This document shows positions 12,840 through 26,380 of a DNA stretch of 64,000 nt, piece by piece (the first letter of the stretch is position 1; each line of letters starts with the position of its first letter). Under the pieces are notes generated by a model. The model was not told the origin of the DNA and ran no database searches. It was given only the letters and a program-made list of their open reading frames with translations. Position numbers and translations under genes: made by a program. Origin of the DNA: Azolla caroliniana (Eukaryota; Plantae; Polypodiophyta); assembly GCA_043228905.1 (NCBI GenBank), contig JBHGNT010000008.1:17794001-17858000 (forward strand). The letters are read 5' to 3'.

Positions 12840-13929
12840 CACATGTGTATTGATGTCGTAACCCCATCCCCAAATGGGGAAACATTGTATCATCTGAAAG
12901 AAATCATTCACCTATTCCTCCCATCAATTGCACGAACTAATTCATTTAATTGTACTCCACAACGGCCGAATATTCTAGTCATAACACTATATCTATGTCT
13001 CTTGAAATGAACTAGACTTGAATCGAATTTGCAACCTTTTTATCTCGAGTCAGATGCACATGCATTGCACCCTGGATCCCTATTGTAAATGTTTTGAGGT
13101 CATAACTCATCCGTAGAAACCAAATCATTGCACACTCCAAAACCATCACATTGGAAAAAAAGATGGACTTATTCCTCCATTCCATTCTTCGATTGCATGT
13201 CTTTGTCTACTTGATTCTTTTGCCAAGAAGGCCGAGAATTCATGTCACAATAGAATACCTAGGGATCTGGAAATAACCCCAACATGAATTGGACATGCAA
13301 CCGTCATAACGTCGTCCGTGTATAGTAAAACATTGCATGCTCCAAATCCATCCCATTCGAAAAAACATGAACTTATTCATGTAATTCATTGTTCAATTAC
13401 ATGCGTTTCATGATTTAATGGGATTGGAATGCGGCCCACAAATCAGGTCAGAACAATGGATTTTCGGATCCATTAATGAACACGGCATAAATCAAACATG
13501 CTACCTTTTGATCCAGAGGGAAACACACAAGCATTGCTGCATGGATCCCGCTTGTGTGCACAAATTCATGACATAATCTTGTCCGCGAGTACCAAAACAT
13601 TGCATGTTCCAATGGCATCACATCGGAAATCGCTTGGAGTTATTCCTCTTATCCATTGTTTGATTGCATATATTACTTGTCTTAATTGAGTTCGAATGCA
13701 CTGTACAACTCAACTCACAACATCAGATCTTTGTGTCTTTAAATGACTCCGATGTGAATTGAACATGCAACCTTCTAATTTGGACTCAAAAGCCTTGGCA
13801 TTGCGCTACGTATCTCGTGTACACAAGTTTTTGTCACCGCATTTTGCCCGAGTACTAAGATATTTTATCTTGCAAAACAATAAGACTAGAACCATTCCAA
13901 TCACAACACTATATCTTGGTATGAAAAAA

Positions 13930-14001
13930 TGAACCCGACGTGAATCGAACACGCAACCTTCTGATCTGGAGTCAGACGCGCTACCATTGCGCCACGGATC
14001 C
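13930..14001 (-). tRNA. tRNA-Trp(CCA), canonical
   Basis: Identical to 7960-8031, with a longer T-run terminator. Confidence 0.95.
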
Positions 14002-15155
14002 CACATGTGTATTGATGTCGTAACCCCATCCCCAAATAGGGAAACATTGTATCATCTGAAAGAAATCATTCACCTATTCCTCCCATCAATTGCACGAACT
14101 AATTGATTTAATTGTACTCCACAACGGCCGAATATTCTAGTCATAACACTATATCTATGTCTCTTGAAATGAACTAGACTTGAATCGAATTTGCAACCTT
14201 TTTATCTCGAGTCAGATGCACATGCATTGCACCCTGGATCCCTATTGTAAATGTTTTGAGGTCATAACTCATCCGTAGAAACCAAATCATTACACACTCC
14301 AAAACCATCACATTGGAAAAAAAGATGGACTGATTCCTCCATTCCATTCTTCGATTGCATGTCTTTGTCTACTTGATTTTTTTGATAAGAAGGCCGAGAA
14401 TTCATGTCACAATAGAATACCTAGGGATCTGGAAATAACCCCAACATGAATTGGACATGCAACCGTCATAACGTCGTCCGTGTATAGTAAAACATTGCAT
14501 GCTCCAAATCCATCCCATTCGAAAAAACATGAACTTATTCATGTAATTCATTGTTCAATTACATGCGTTTCATGATTTAATGGGATTGGAATGCGGCCCA
14601 CAAATCAGGTCAGAACAATGGATTTTCGGATCCATTAATGAACACGGCATAAATCAAACATGCTACCTTTTGATCCAGAGGGAAACACACAAGCATTGCA
14701 GCATGGATCCCGCTTGTGTGCACAAATTCATGACATAATCTTGTCCGCGAGTACCAAAACATTGCATGTTCCAATGGCATCACATCGGAAAACGCTTGTA
14801 GTTATTCCTCTTATCCATTGTTCGATTGCATATATTACTTGTCTTAATTGAGTTCGAATGCATATATTACTTGTCTTAATTGAGTTCGAATGCATATATT
14901 ACATGTCTTAATTGAGTTCGAATGCACTGTACAATTCAACTCACAACATCAGATGTTTGTGTCTTTAAATGACTCCGATGTGAATTGAACATGCAACCTT
15001 CTAATTTGGACTCAAAAGCCTTGGCATTGCGCTACGTATCTCGTGTACACAAGTTTTTGTCACCGCATTTTGCCCGAGTACTAAGATATTTTATCTTGCA
15101 AAACAATAAGACTAGAACCATTCCAATCACAACACTATATCTTGGTATGTAAAAA

Positions 15156-15227
15156 TGAACCCGACATGAATCGAACACGCAACCTTCTGATCTGGAGTCA
15201 GACGCTCTACCATTGCGCCACGGATCC
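15156..15227 (-). tRNA. tRNA-Trp(CCA) variant C23A, C63T
   Basis: D-stem mismatch plus a G-U wobble in the T stem. Confidence 0.72.
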
Positions 15228-16317
15228 CACATGTGTATTGATGTCGTAACCCCATCCCCAAATAGGGAAACATTGTATCATCTGGAAGAAATCATTCACC
15301 TATTCCTTCCATCAATTGCACGAACTAATTGATTTAATTGTACTCCACAACGGCCGAATATTCTAGTCATAACACTATATCTATGTCTCTTGAAATGAAC
15401 TAGACTTGAATCGAATTTGCAACCTTTTTATCTCGAGTCAGATGCACATGCATTGCACCCTGGATCCCTATTGTAAATGTTTTGAGGTCATAACTCATCC
15501 GTAGAAACCAAATCATTGCACACTCCAAAACCATCACATTGGAAAAAAAGATGGACTTATTCCTCCATTCCATTCTTCGATTGCATGTCTTTGTCTACTT
15601 GATTCTTTTGCCAAGAAGGCCGAGAATTCATGTCATAATAGAATACCTAGGGATCTGGAAATAACCCCAACATGAATTGGACATGCAACCGTCATAACGT
15701 CGTCCGTGTATAGTAAAACATTGCATGCTCCAAATCCATCCCATTCGAAAAAACATGAACTTATTCATGTAATTCATTGTTCAATTACATGCGTTTCATG
15801 ATTTAATGGGATTGGAATGCGGCCCACAAATCAGGTCAGAACAATGGATTTTCGGATCCATTAATGAACACGGCATAAATCAAACATGCTACCTTTTGAT
15901 CCAGAGGGAAACACACAATCATTGCTGCATGGATCCCGCTTGTGTGCACAAATTCATGACATAATCTTGTCCGCGAGTACCAAAACATTGCATGTTCCAA
16001 TGGCATCACATCGGAAATCGCTTGGAGTTATTCCTCTTATCCATTGTTCGATTGCATATATTACTTGTCTTAATTGAGTTCGAATGCACTGTACAACTCA
16101 ACTCACAACATCAGATCTTTGTGTCTTTAAATGACTCCGATGTGAATTGAACATGCAACCTTCTAATTTGGACTCAAAAGCCTTGGCATTGCGCTACGTA
16201 TCTCGTGTACACAAGTTTTTGTCACCGCATTTTGCCCGAGTACTAAGATATTTTATCTTGCAAAACAATAAGACTAGAACCATTCCAATCACAACACTAT
16301 ATCTTGGTATGTAAAAA

Positions 16318-16389
16318 TGAACCCGACGTGAATCGAACACGCAACCTTCTGATCTGGAGTCAGACGCGCTACCATTGCGCCACGGATCC
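16318..16389 (-). tRNA. tRNA-Trp(CCA), canonical
   Basis: Identical to 7960-8031. Confidence 0.95.
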
Positions 16390-17543
16390 CACATGTGTAT
16401 TGATGTCGTAACCCCATCCCCAAATAGGGAAACATTGTATCATCTGAAAGAAATCATTCACCTATTCCTCCCATCAATTGCACGAACTAATTGATTTAAT
16501 TGTACTCCACAACGGCCGAATATTCTAGTCATAACACTATATCTATGTCTCTTGAAATGAACTAGACTTGAATCGAATTTGCAACCTTTTTATCTCGAGT
16601 CAGATGCACATGCATTGCACCCTGGATCCCTATTGTAAATGTTTTGAGGTCATAACTCATCCGTAGAAACCAAATCATTACACACTCCAAAACCATCACA
16701 TTGGAAAAAAAGATGGACTTATTCCTCCATTCCATTCTTCGATTGCATGTCTTTGTCTACTTGATTTTTTTGATAAGAAGGCCGAGAATTCATGTCACAA
16801 TAGAATACCTAGGGATCTGGAAATAACCCCAACATGAATTGGACATGCAACCGTCATAACGTCGTCCGTGTATAGTAAAACATTGCATGCTCCAAATCCA
16901 TCCCATTCGAAAAAACATGAACTTATTCATGTAATTCATTGTTCAATTACATGCGTTTCATGATTTAATGGGATTGGAATGCGGCCCACAAATCAGGTCA
17001 GAACAATGGATTTTCGGATCCATTAATGAACACGGCATAAATCAAACATGCTACCTTTTGATCCAGAGGGAAACACACAAGCATTGCAGCATGGATCCCG
17101 CTTGTGTGCACAAATTCATGACATAATCTTGTCCGCGAGTACCAAAACATTGCATGTTCCAATGGCATCACATCGGAAAACGCTTGTAGTTATTCCTCTT
17201 ATCCATTGTTCGATTGCATATATTACTTGTCTTAATTGAGTTCGAATGCATATATTACTTGTCTTAATTGAGTTCGAATGCATATATTACATGTCTTAAT
17301 TGAGTTCGAATGCACTGTACAATTCAACTCACAACATCAGATCTTTGTGTCTTTAAATGACTCCGATGTGAATTGAACATGCAACCTTCTAATTTGGACT
17401 CAAAAGCCTTGGCATTGCGCTACGTATCTCGTGTACACAAGTTTTTGTCACCGCATTTTGGCCGAGTACTAAGATATTTTATCTTGCAAAACAATAAGAC
17501 TAGAACCATTCCAATCACAACACTATATCTTGGTATGTAAAAA

Positions 17544-17615
17544 TGAACCCGACGTGAATCGAACACGCAACCTTCTGATCTGGAGTCAGATGCTCTACCA
17601 TTGCGCAACGGATCC
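17544..17615 (-). tRNA. tRNA-Trp(CCA) variant G9T, C23A, G26A (function uncertain)
   Basis: Three substitutions versus canonical. Anticodon arm and T arm intact. Confidence 0.65.
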
Positions 17616-18801
17616 CACATGTGTATTGATGTCGTAACCCCATCCCCAAATAGGGAAAGATTGTATCATCTGGAAGAAATCATTCACCTATTCCTCCAAT
17701 CAATTGCACGAACTAATTGATTTAATTGTACTCCACAACGGCCGAATATTCTAGTCATAACACTATATCTATGTCTCTTGAAATGAACTAGACTTGAATC
17801 GAATTTGCAACCTTTTTATCTCGAGTCAGATGCACATGCATTGCACCCTGGATCCCTATTGTAAATGTTTTGAGGTCATAACTCATCCGTAGAAACCAAA
17901 TCATTGCACACTCCAAAACCATCACATTGTAAAAAAAGATGGACTTATTCCTCCATTCCATTCTTCGATTGCATGTCTTTGTCTACTTGATTTTTTTGCC
18001 AAGAAGGCCGAGAATTCATGTCACAATAGAATACCTAGGGATCTGGAAATAACCCCAACTTGAATTGGACATGCAACCGTCATAACGTCGTCCGTGTATA
18101 GTAAAACATTGCATGCTCCAAATCCATCCCATTCGAAAAAACATGAACTTATTCATGTAATTCATTGTTCAATTACATGCGTTTCATGATTTAATGGGAT
18201 TGGAATGCGGCCCACAAATCAGGTCAGAACAATGGATTTTCGGATCCATTAATGAACACGGCATAAATCAAACATGCTACCTTTTGATCTAGAGGGAAAC
18301 ACACAAGCATTGCAGCATGGATCCCGCTTGTGTGCACAAATTCATGACATAATCTTGTCCGCGAGTACCAAAACATTGCATGTTCCAATGGCATCACATC
18401 GGAAAACGCTTGTAGTTATTCCTCTTATCCATTGTTCGATTGCATATATTACTTGTCTTAATTGAGTTCGAATGCATATATTACTTGTCTTAATTGAGTT
18501 CGAATGCATATATTACTTGTCTTAATTGAGTTCGAATGCATATATTACATGTCTTAATTGAGTTCGAATGCACTGTACAATTCAACTCACAACATCAGAT
18601 CTTTGTGTCTTTAAATGACTCCGATGTGAATTGAACATGCAACCTTCTAATTTGGACTCAAAAGCCTTGGCATTGCGCTACGTATCTCGTGTACACAAGT
18701 TTTTGTCACCGCATTTTGGCCGAGTACTAAGATATTTTATCTTGCAAAACAATAAGACTAGAACCATTCCAATCACAACACTATATCTTGGTATGTAAAA
18801 A

Positions 18802-18873
18802 TGAACCCGACGTGAATCGAACACGCAACCTTCTGATCTGGAGTCAGACGCTCTACCATTGCGCAACGGATCC
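18802..18873 (-). tRNA. tRNA-Trp(CCA) variant G9T, C23A
   Basis: 5' part reads GGATCCGTTGCGCAATGGTAGAGCGTC. Confidence 0.7.
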
Positions 18874-20059
18874 CACATGTGTATTGATGTCGTAACCCCA
18901 TACCCAAATAGGGAAACATTGTATCATCTGGAAGAAATCATTCACCTATTCCTCCCATCAATTGCACGAACTAATTGATTTAATTGTACTCCACAACGGC
19001 CGAATATTCTAGTCATAACACTATATCTATGTCTCTTGAAATGAACTAGACTTGAATCGAATTTGCAACCTTTTTATCTCGAGTCAGATGCACATGCATT
19101 GCACCCTGGATCCCTATTGTAAATGTTTTGAGGTCATAACTCATCCGTAGAAACCAAATCATTGCACACTCCAAAACCATCACATTGGAAAAAAAGATGG
19201 ACTTATTCCTCCATTCCATTCTTCGATTGCATGTCTTTGTCTACTTGATTTTTTTGCCAAGAAGGCCGAGAATTCATGTCACAATAGAATACCTAGGGAT
19301 CTGGAAATAACCCCAACTTGAATTGGACATGCAACCGTCATAACGTCGTCCGTGTATAGTAAAACATTGCATGCTCCAAATCCATCCCATTCGAAAAAAC
19401 ATGAACTTATTCATGTAATTCATTGTTCAATTACATGCGTTTCATGATTTAATGGGATTGGAATGCGGCCCACAAATCAGGTCAAAACAATGGATTTTCG
19501 GATCCATTAATGAACACGGCATAAATCAAACATGCTACCTTTTGATCCAGAGGGAAACACACAAGCATTGCAGCATGGATCCCGCTTGTGTGCACAAATT
19601 CATGACATAATCTTGTCCGCGAGTACCAAAACATTGCATGTTCCAATGGCATCACATCGGAAAACGCTTGTAGTTATTCCTCTTATCCATTGTTCGATTG
19701 CATATATTACTTGTCTTAATTGAGTTCGAATGCATATATTACTTGTCTTAATTGAGTTCGAATGCATATATTACTTGTCTTAATTGAGTTCGAATGCATA
19801 TATTACATGTCTTAATTGAGTTCGAATGCACTGTACAATTCAACTCACAACATCAGATCTTTGTGTCTTTAAATGACTCCGATGTGAATTGAACATGCAA
19901 CCTTCTAATTTGGACTCAAAAGCCTTGGCATTGCGCTACGTATCTCGTGTACACAAGTTTTTGTCACCGCATTTTGGCCGAGTACTAAGATATTTTATCT
20001 TGCAAAACAATAAGACTAGAACCATTCCAATCACAACACTATATCTTGGTATGTAAAAA

Positions 20060-20131
20060 TGAACCCGACGTGAATCGAACACGCAACCTTCTGATCTGGA
20101 GTCAGACGCTCTACCATTGCGCAACGGATCC
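20060..20131 (-). tRNA. tRNA-Trp(CCA) variant G9T, C23A
   Basis: Same as the 18802 copy. Confidence 0.7.
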
Positions 20132-21285
20132 CACATGTGTATTGATGTCGTAACCCCATACCCAAATAGGGAAACATTGTATCATCTGGAAGAAATCATT
20201 CACCTATTCCTCCCATCAATTGCACGAACTAATTGATTTAATTGTACTCCACAACGGCCGAATATTCTAGTCATAACACTATATCTATGTCTCTTGAAAT
20301 GAACTAGACTTGAATCGAATTTGCAACCTTTTTATCTCGAGTCAGATGCACATGCATTGCACCCTGGATCCCTATTGTAAATGTTTTGAGGTCATAACTC
20401 ATCCGTAGAAACCAAATCATTGCACACTCCAAAACCATCACATTGGAAAAAAAGATGGACTTATTCCTCCATTCCATTCTTCGATTGCATGTCTTTGTCT
20501 ACTTGATTTTTTTGCCAAGAAGGCCGAGAATTCATGTCACAATAGAATACCTAGGGATCTGGAAATAACCCCAACTTGAATTGGACATGCAACCGTCATA
20601 ACGTCGTCCGTGTATAGTAAAACATTGCATGCTCCAAATCCATCCCATTCGAAAAAACATGAACTTATTCATGTAATTCATTGTTCAATTACATGCGTTT
20701 CATGATTTAATGGGATTGGAATGCGGCCCACAAATCAGGTCAGAACAATGGATTTTCGGATCCATTAATGAACACGGCATAAATCAAACATGCTACCTTT
20801 TGATCCAGAGGGAAACACACAAGCATTGCAGCATGGATCCCGCTTGTGTGCACAAATTCATGACATAATCTTGTCCGCGAGTACCAAAACATTGCATGTT
20901 CCAATGGCATCACATCGGAAAACGCTTGTAGTTATTCCTCTTATCCATTGTTCGATTGCATATATTACTTGTCTTAATTGAGTTCGAATGCATATATTAC
21001 TTGTCTTAATTGAGTTCGAATGCATATATTACATGTCTTAATTGAGTTCGAATGCACTGTACAATTCAACTCACAACATCAGATCTTTGTGTCTTTAAAT
21101 GACTCCGATGTGAATTGAACATGCAACCTTCTAATTTGGACTCAAAAGCCTTGGCATTGCGCTACGTATCTCGTGTACACAAGTTTTTGTCACCGCATTT
21201 TGGCCGAGTACTAAGATATTTTATCTTGCAAAACAATAAGACTAGAACCATTCCAATCACAACACTATATCTTGGTATGTAAAAA

Positions 21286-21357
21286 TGAACCCGACGTGAA
21301 TCGAACACGCAACCTTCTGATCTGGAGTCAGACGCTCTACCATTGCGCAACAGATCC
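21286..21357 (-). tRNA. tRNA-Trp(CCA) variant C6T, G9T, C23A
   Basis: Additional U6-G67 wobble in the acceptor stem. Confidence 0.65.
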
Positions 21358-22543
21358 CACATGTGTATTGATGTCGTAACCCCATCCCCAAATAGGGAAA
21401 CATTGTATCATCTGGAAGAAATCATTCACCTATTCCTCCCATCAATTGCACGAACTAATTGATTTAATTGTACTCCACAACGGCCGAATATTCTAGTCAT
21501 AACACTATATCTATGTCTCTTGAAATGAACTAGACTTGAATCGAATTTGCAACCTTTTTATCTCGAGTCAGATGCACATGCATTGCACCCTGGATCCCTA
21601 TTGTAAATGTTTTGAGGTCATAACTCATCCGTAGAAACCAAATCATTGCACACTCCAAAACCATCACATTGGAAAAAAAGATGGACTTATTCCTCCATTC
21701 CATTCTTCGATTGCATGTCTTTGTCTACTTGATTTTTTTGCCAAGAAGGCCGAGAATTCATGTCACAATAGAATACCTAGGGATCTAGAAATAACCCCAA
21801 CTTGAATTGGACATGCAACCGTCATAACGTCGTCCGTGTATAGTAAAACATTGCATGCTCCAAATCCATCCCATTCGAAAAAACATGAACTTATTCATGT
21901 AATTCATTGTTCAATTACATGCGTTTCATGATTTAATGGGATTGGAATGCGGCCCACAAATCAGGTCAGAACAATGGATTTTCGGATCCATTAATGAACA
22001 CGGCATAAATCAAACATGCTACCTTTTGATCCAGAGGGAAACACACAAGCATTGCAGCATGGATCCCGCTTGTGTGCACAAATTCATGACATAATCTTGT
22101 CCGCGAGTACCAAAACATTGCATGTTCCAATGGCATCACATCGGAAAACGCTTGTAGTTATTCCTCTTATCCATTGTTCGATTGCATATATTACTTGTCT
22201 TAATTGAGTTCGAATGCATATATTACTTGTCTTAATTGAGTTCGAATGCATATATTACTTGTCTTAATTGAGTTCGAATGCATATATTACATGTCTTAAT
22301 TGAGTTCGAATGCACTGTACAATTCAACTCACAACATCAGATCTTTGTGTCTTTAAATGACTCCGATGTGAATTGAACATGCAACCTTCTAATTTGGACT
22401 CAAAAGCCTTGGCATTGCGCTACGTATCTCGTGTACACAAGTTTTTGTCACCGCATTTTGGCCGAGTACTAAGATATTTTATCTTGCAAAACAATAAGAC
22501 TAGAACCATTCCAATCACAACACTATATCTTGGTATGTAAAAA

Positions 22544-22615
22544 TGAACCCGACGTGAATCGAACACGCAACCTTCTGATCTGGAGTCAGACGCTCTACCA
22601 TTGCGCAACGGATCC
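22544..22615 (-). tRNA. tRNA-Trp(CCA) variant G9T, C23A
   Basis: Same as the 18802 copy. Confidence 0.7.
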
Positions 22616-23769
22616 CACATGTGTATTGATGTCGTAACCCCATACCCAAATAGGGAAACATTGTATCATCTGGAAGAAATCATTCACCTATTCCTCCCAT
22701 CAATTGCACGAACTAATTGATTTAATTGTACTCCACAACGGCCGAATATTCTAGTCATAACACTATATCTATGTCTCTTGAAATGAACTAGACTTGAATC
22801 GAATTTGCAACCTTTTTATCTCGAGTCAGATGCACATGCATTGCACCCTGGATCCCTATTGTAAATGTTTTGAGGTCATAACTCATCCGTAGAAACCAAA
22901 TCATTGCACACTCCAAAACCATCACATTGGAAAAAAAGATGGACTTATTCCTCCATTCCATTCTTCGATTGCATGTCTTTGTCTACTTGATTTTTTTGCC
23001 AAGAAGGCCGAGAATTCATGTCACAATAGAATACCTAGGGATCTGGAAATAACCCCAACTTGAATTGGACATGCAACCGTCATAACGTCGTCCGTGTATA
23101 GTAAAACATTGCATGCTCCAAATCCATCCCATTCGAAAAAACATGAACTTATTCATGTAATTCATTGTTCAATTACATGCGTTTCATGATTTAATGGGAT
23201 TGGAATGCGGCCCACAAATCAGGTCAAAACAATGGATTTTCGGATCCATTAATGAACACGGCATAAATCAAACATGCTACCTTTTGATCCAGAGGGAAAC
23301 ACACAAGCATTGCAGCATGGATCCCGCTTGTGTGCACAAATTCATGACATAATCTTGTCCGCGAGTACCAAAACATTGCATGTTCCAATGGCATCACATC
23401 GGAAAACGCTTGTAGTTATTCCTCTTATCCATTGTTCGATTGCATATATTACTTGTCTTAATTGAGTTCGAATGCATATATTACTTGTCTTAATTGAGTT
23501 CGAATGCATATATTACATGTCTTAATTGAGTTCGAATGCACTGTACAATTCAACTCACAACATCAGATCTTTGTGTCTTTAAATGACTCCGATGTGAATT
23601 GAACATGCAACCTTCTAATTTGGACTCAAAAGCCTTGGCATTGCGCTACGTATCTCGTGTACACAAGTTTTTGTCACCGCATTTTGGCCGAGTACTAAGA
23701 TATTTTATCTTGCAAAACAATAAGACTAGAACCATTCCAATCACAACACTATATCTTGGTATGTAAAAA

Positions 23770-23841
23770 TGAACCCGACGTGAATCGAACACGCAACCTT
23801 CTGATCTGGAGTCAGACGCTCTACCATTGCGCAACGGATCC
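23770..23841 (-). tRNA. tRNA-Trp(CCA) variant G9T, C23A
   Basis: Same as the 18802 copy. Confidence 0.7.
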
Positions 23842-24930
23842 CACATGTGTATTGATGTCGTAACCCCATCCCCAAATAGGGAAACATTGTATCATCTGGA
23901 AGAAATCATTCACCTATTCCTCCCATCAATTGCACGAACTAATTGATTTAATTGTACTCCACAACGGCCGAATATTCTAGTCATAACACTATATCTATGT
24001 CTCTTGAAATGAACTAGACTTGAATCGAATTTGCAACCTTTTTATCTCGAGTCAGATGCACATGCATTGCACCCTGGATCCCTATTGTAAATGTTTTGAG
24101 GTCATAACTCACCGTAGAAACCAAATAATTGCACACTCCAAAACCATCACATTGGAAAAAAAGATGGACTTATTCCTCCATTCCATTCTTCGATTGCATG
24201 TCTTTGTCTACTTGATTTTTTTGCCAAGAAGGCCGAGAATTCATGTCACAATAGAATACCTAGGGATCTGGAAATAACCCCAACTTGAATTGGACATGCA
24301 ACCGTCATAACGTCGTCCGTGTATAGTAAAACATTGCATGCTCCAAATCCATCCCATTCGAAAAAACATGAACTTATTCATGTAATTCATTGTTCAATTA
24401 CATGCGTTTCATGATTTAATGGGATTGGAATGCGGCCCACAAATCAGGTCAGAACAATGGATTTTCGGATCCATTAATGAACACGGCATAAATCAAACAT
24501 GCTACCTTTTGATCCAAAGGGAAACACACAAGCATTGCTGCATGGATCCCGCTTGTGTGCACAAATTCATGACATAATCTTGTCCGCGAGTACCAAAACA
24601 TTGCATGTTCCAATGGCATCACATCGGAAATCGCTTGGAGTTATTCCTCTTATCCATTGTTCGATTGCATATATTACTTGTCTTAATTGAGTTCGAATGC
24701 ACTGTACAACTCAACTCACAACATCAGATCTTTGTGTCTTTAAATGACTCCGATGTGAATTGAACATGCAACCTTCTAATTTTGACTCAAAAGCCTTGGC
24801 ATTGCGCTACGTATCTCGTGTACACAAGTTTTTGTCATCGCATTTTGGCCGAGTACTAAGATATTTTATCTTGCAAAACAATAAGACTAGAACCATTCCA
24901 ATCACAACACTATATCTTGGTATGTAAAAA

Positions 24931-25002
24931 TGAACCCGACGTGAATCGAACACGCAACCTTCTGATCTGGAGTCAAACGCGCTACCATTGCGCCACGGAT
25001 CC
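24931..25002 (-). tRNA. tRNA-Trp(CCA) variant C28T
   Basis: Single change giving a U28-G42 wobble in the anticodon stem, T5 terminator. Confidence 0.85.
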
Positions 25003-26230
25003 CAGATGTGTATTGATATCGTAACCCCATCCCCAAATAGGGAAACTTTGTATCATCTGAAAGAAATCATTCACCTATTCCTCCAATCAATTGCACGAAC
25101 TAATTGATTTAATTGTACTCTACAACGGCCGAATATTCTAGTCATAACACTATATCTATGTCTCTTGAAATGAACTAGACTTGAATCGAACTTGCATCAT
25201 GCAAAACAAATCAATCACCTATTCCTCGAATCAATTGCACAAACTAATTGACTTAATTGTACTCCAGAACGGCTGAAAATTCTAGTGATAACACTAGATC
25301 TATGAATCTTGAAATGAACTCAACATAAATCAGACATGTAACCTTTGTATCTTGAGTCAGACACAAATGTATTGAACCTTGGAATCCGATTGTACATGTT
25401 ATGATGTCATAACTAGTCTGCAGAAATTAAACTGTTGCATTCTCCAGAACCATCACATCGGAAAAGAACATGGAGTTATGCCTGTAATCGATTCTTCGAT
25501 TTCATCTCCTTGGCTACTTAATTTTGTTCGAATCAGGCTGTGATTTCAAGTCACAACACAATACCTATGGTTCTCGAAATAACCCCAACATAAATTGGAC
25601 ATGCAACGGTCATAACCTCGTCCCTATATAGTAAAACGTTGCATGCTCCAAATCTATCCCATTGGGAAAAACATGAACTTATTTTTGTAATTCATTGTTC
25701 AATTACATGCGTTTCATGACTTAATTGGATTCAAATGCCACGGACAATTGATTTTTGTCTCTTGTAGTGAGAACCACATGAATCGAACATGCAACCTTCT
25801 ATCTAAATTCAGGCGTACAAGCATTGCACCGTGGATCCCCCTTGTGTGCACAAATTGATGTCATAATCTTGTCCACTAGTACCAAAACATTGCATGTTCT
25901 AATGGCGTCACATTGAAAAACATAACCCACAAATCAACTCACAACATTAGAACTCTATGTCTTAGAATGACTCCGATGTGAATTCAACATGCAACCTTCG
26001 AATTTGGACTCAAATCCCTTGGCATTGTGCTAGGCACCTCGATGATGTAAGTTTTTGTCATAGCATTGTCCCCGAGTACCAAAATATTTTATTCTCCAAA
26101 GCAATCATATTAGAAATAAACATCCAATTATTCATGGAATGAATTGTCAAAGTTCACGTCATGTTTGTTTTAATTACACAAAAATGTGGCCGCAATTCCA
26201 ATCACAAGACAAGATATTGGTATATAGAAA

Positions 26231-26302
26231 TGAACCCGACGTGAATCGAAAACACAACCTTCTTATCTGGAGTAAGACTTGCTACCATTGCGCCACGGAT
26301 CC
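26231..26302 (-). pseudogene. tRNA-Trp pseudogene
   Basis: CCA loop kept, D stem and G53 broken. Confidence 0.75.
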
Positions 26303-26380
26303 CGCTTGTGGTTGGATATCATAAGCTTGTCATCGAGTAGGGAAACATTGTATCATCTAAAACGAATCATCCACCTAATC

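Larger units (their letters stand above)
7259..25195 (-). repeat. Homogenised core of the tRNA-Trp higher-order array (~15 units)
   Basis: Unit lengths from ORF-track offsets: 1226,1194,1226,1162,1226,1162,1226,1162,1226,1258,1258,1226,1258,1225. Units differ by only scattered SNPs. Confidence 0.95.

Noticed and set aside
7464-24690. Recurring 63-aa and 66-aa ORFs in each array unit
   Set aside because: These are chance frames across tRNA remnants. The 66-aa ORF is the tRNA read as codons and is broken by a stop in one unit.
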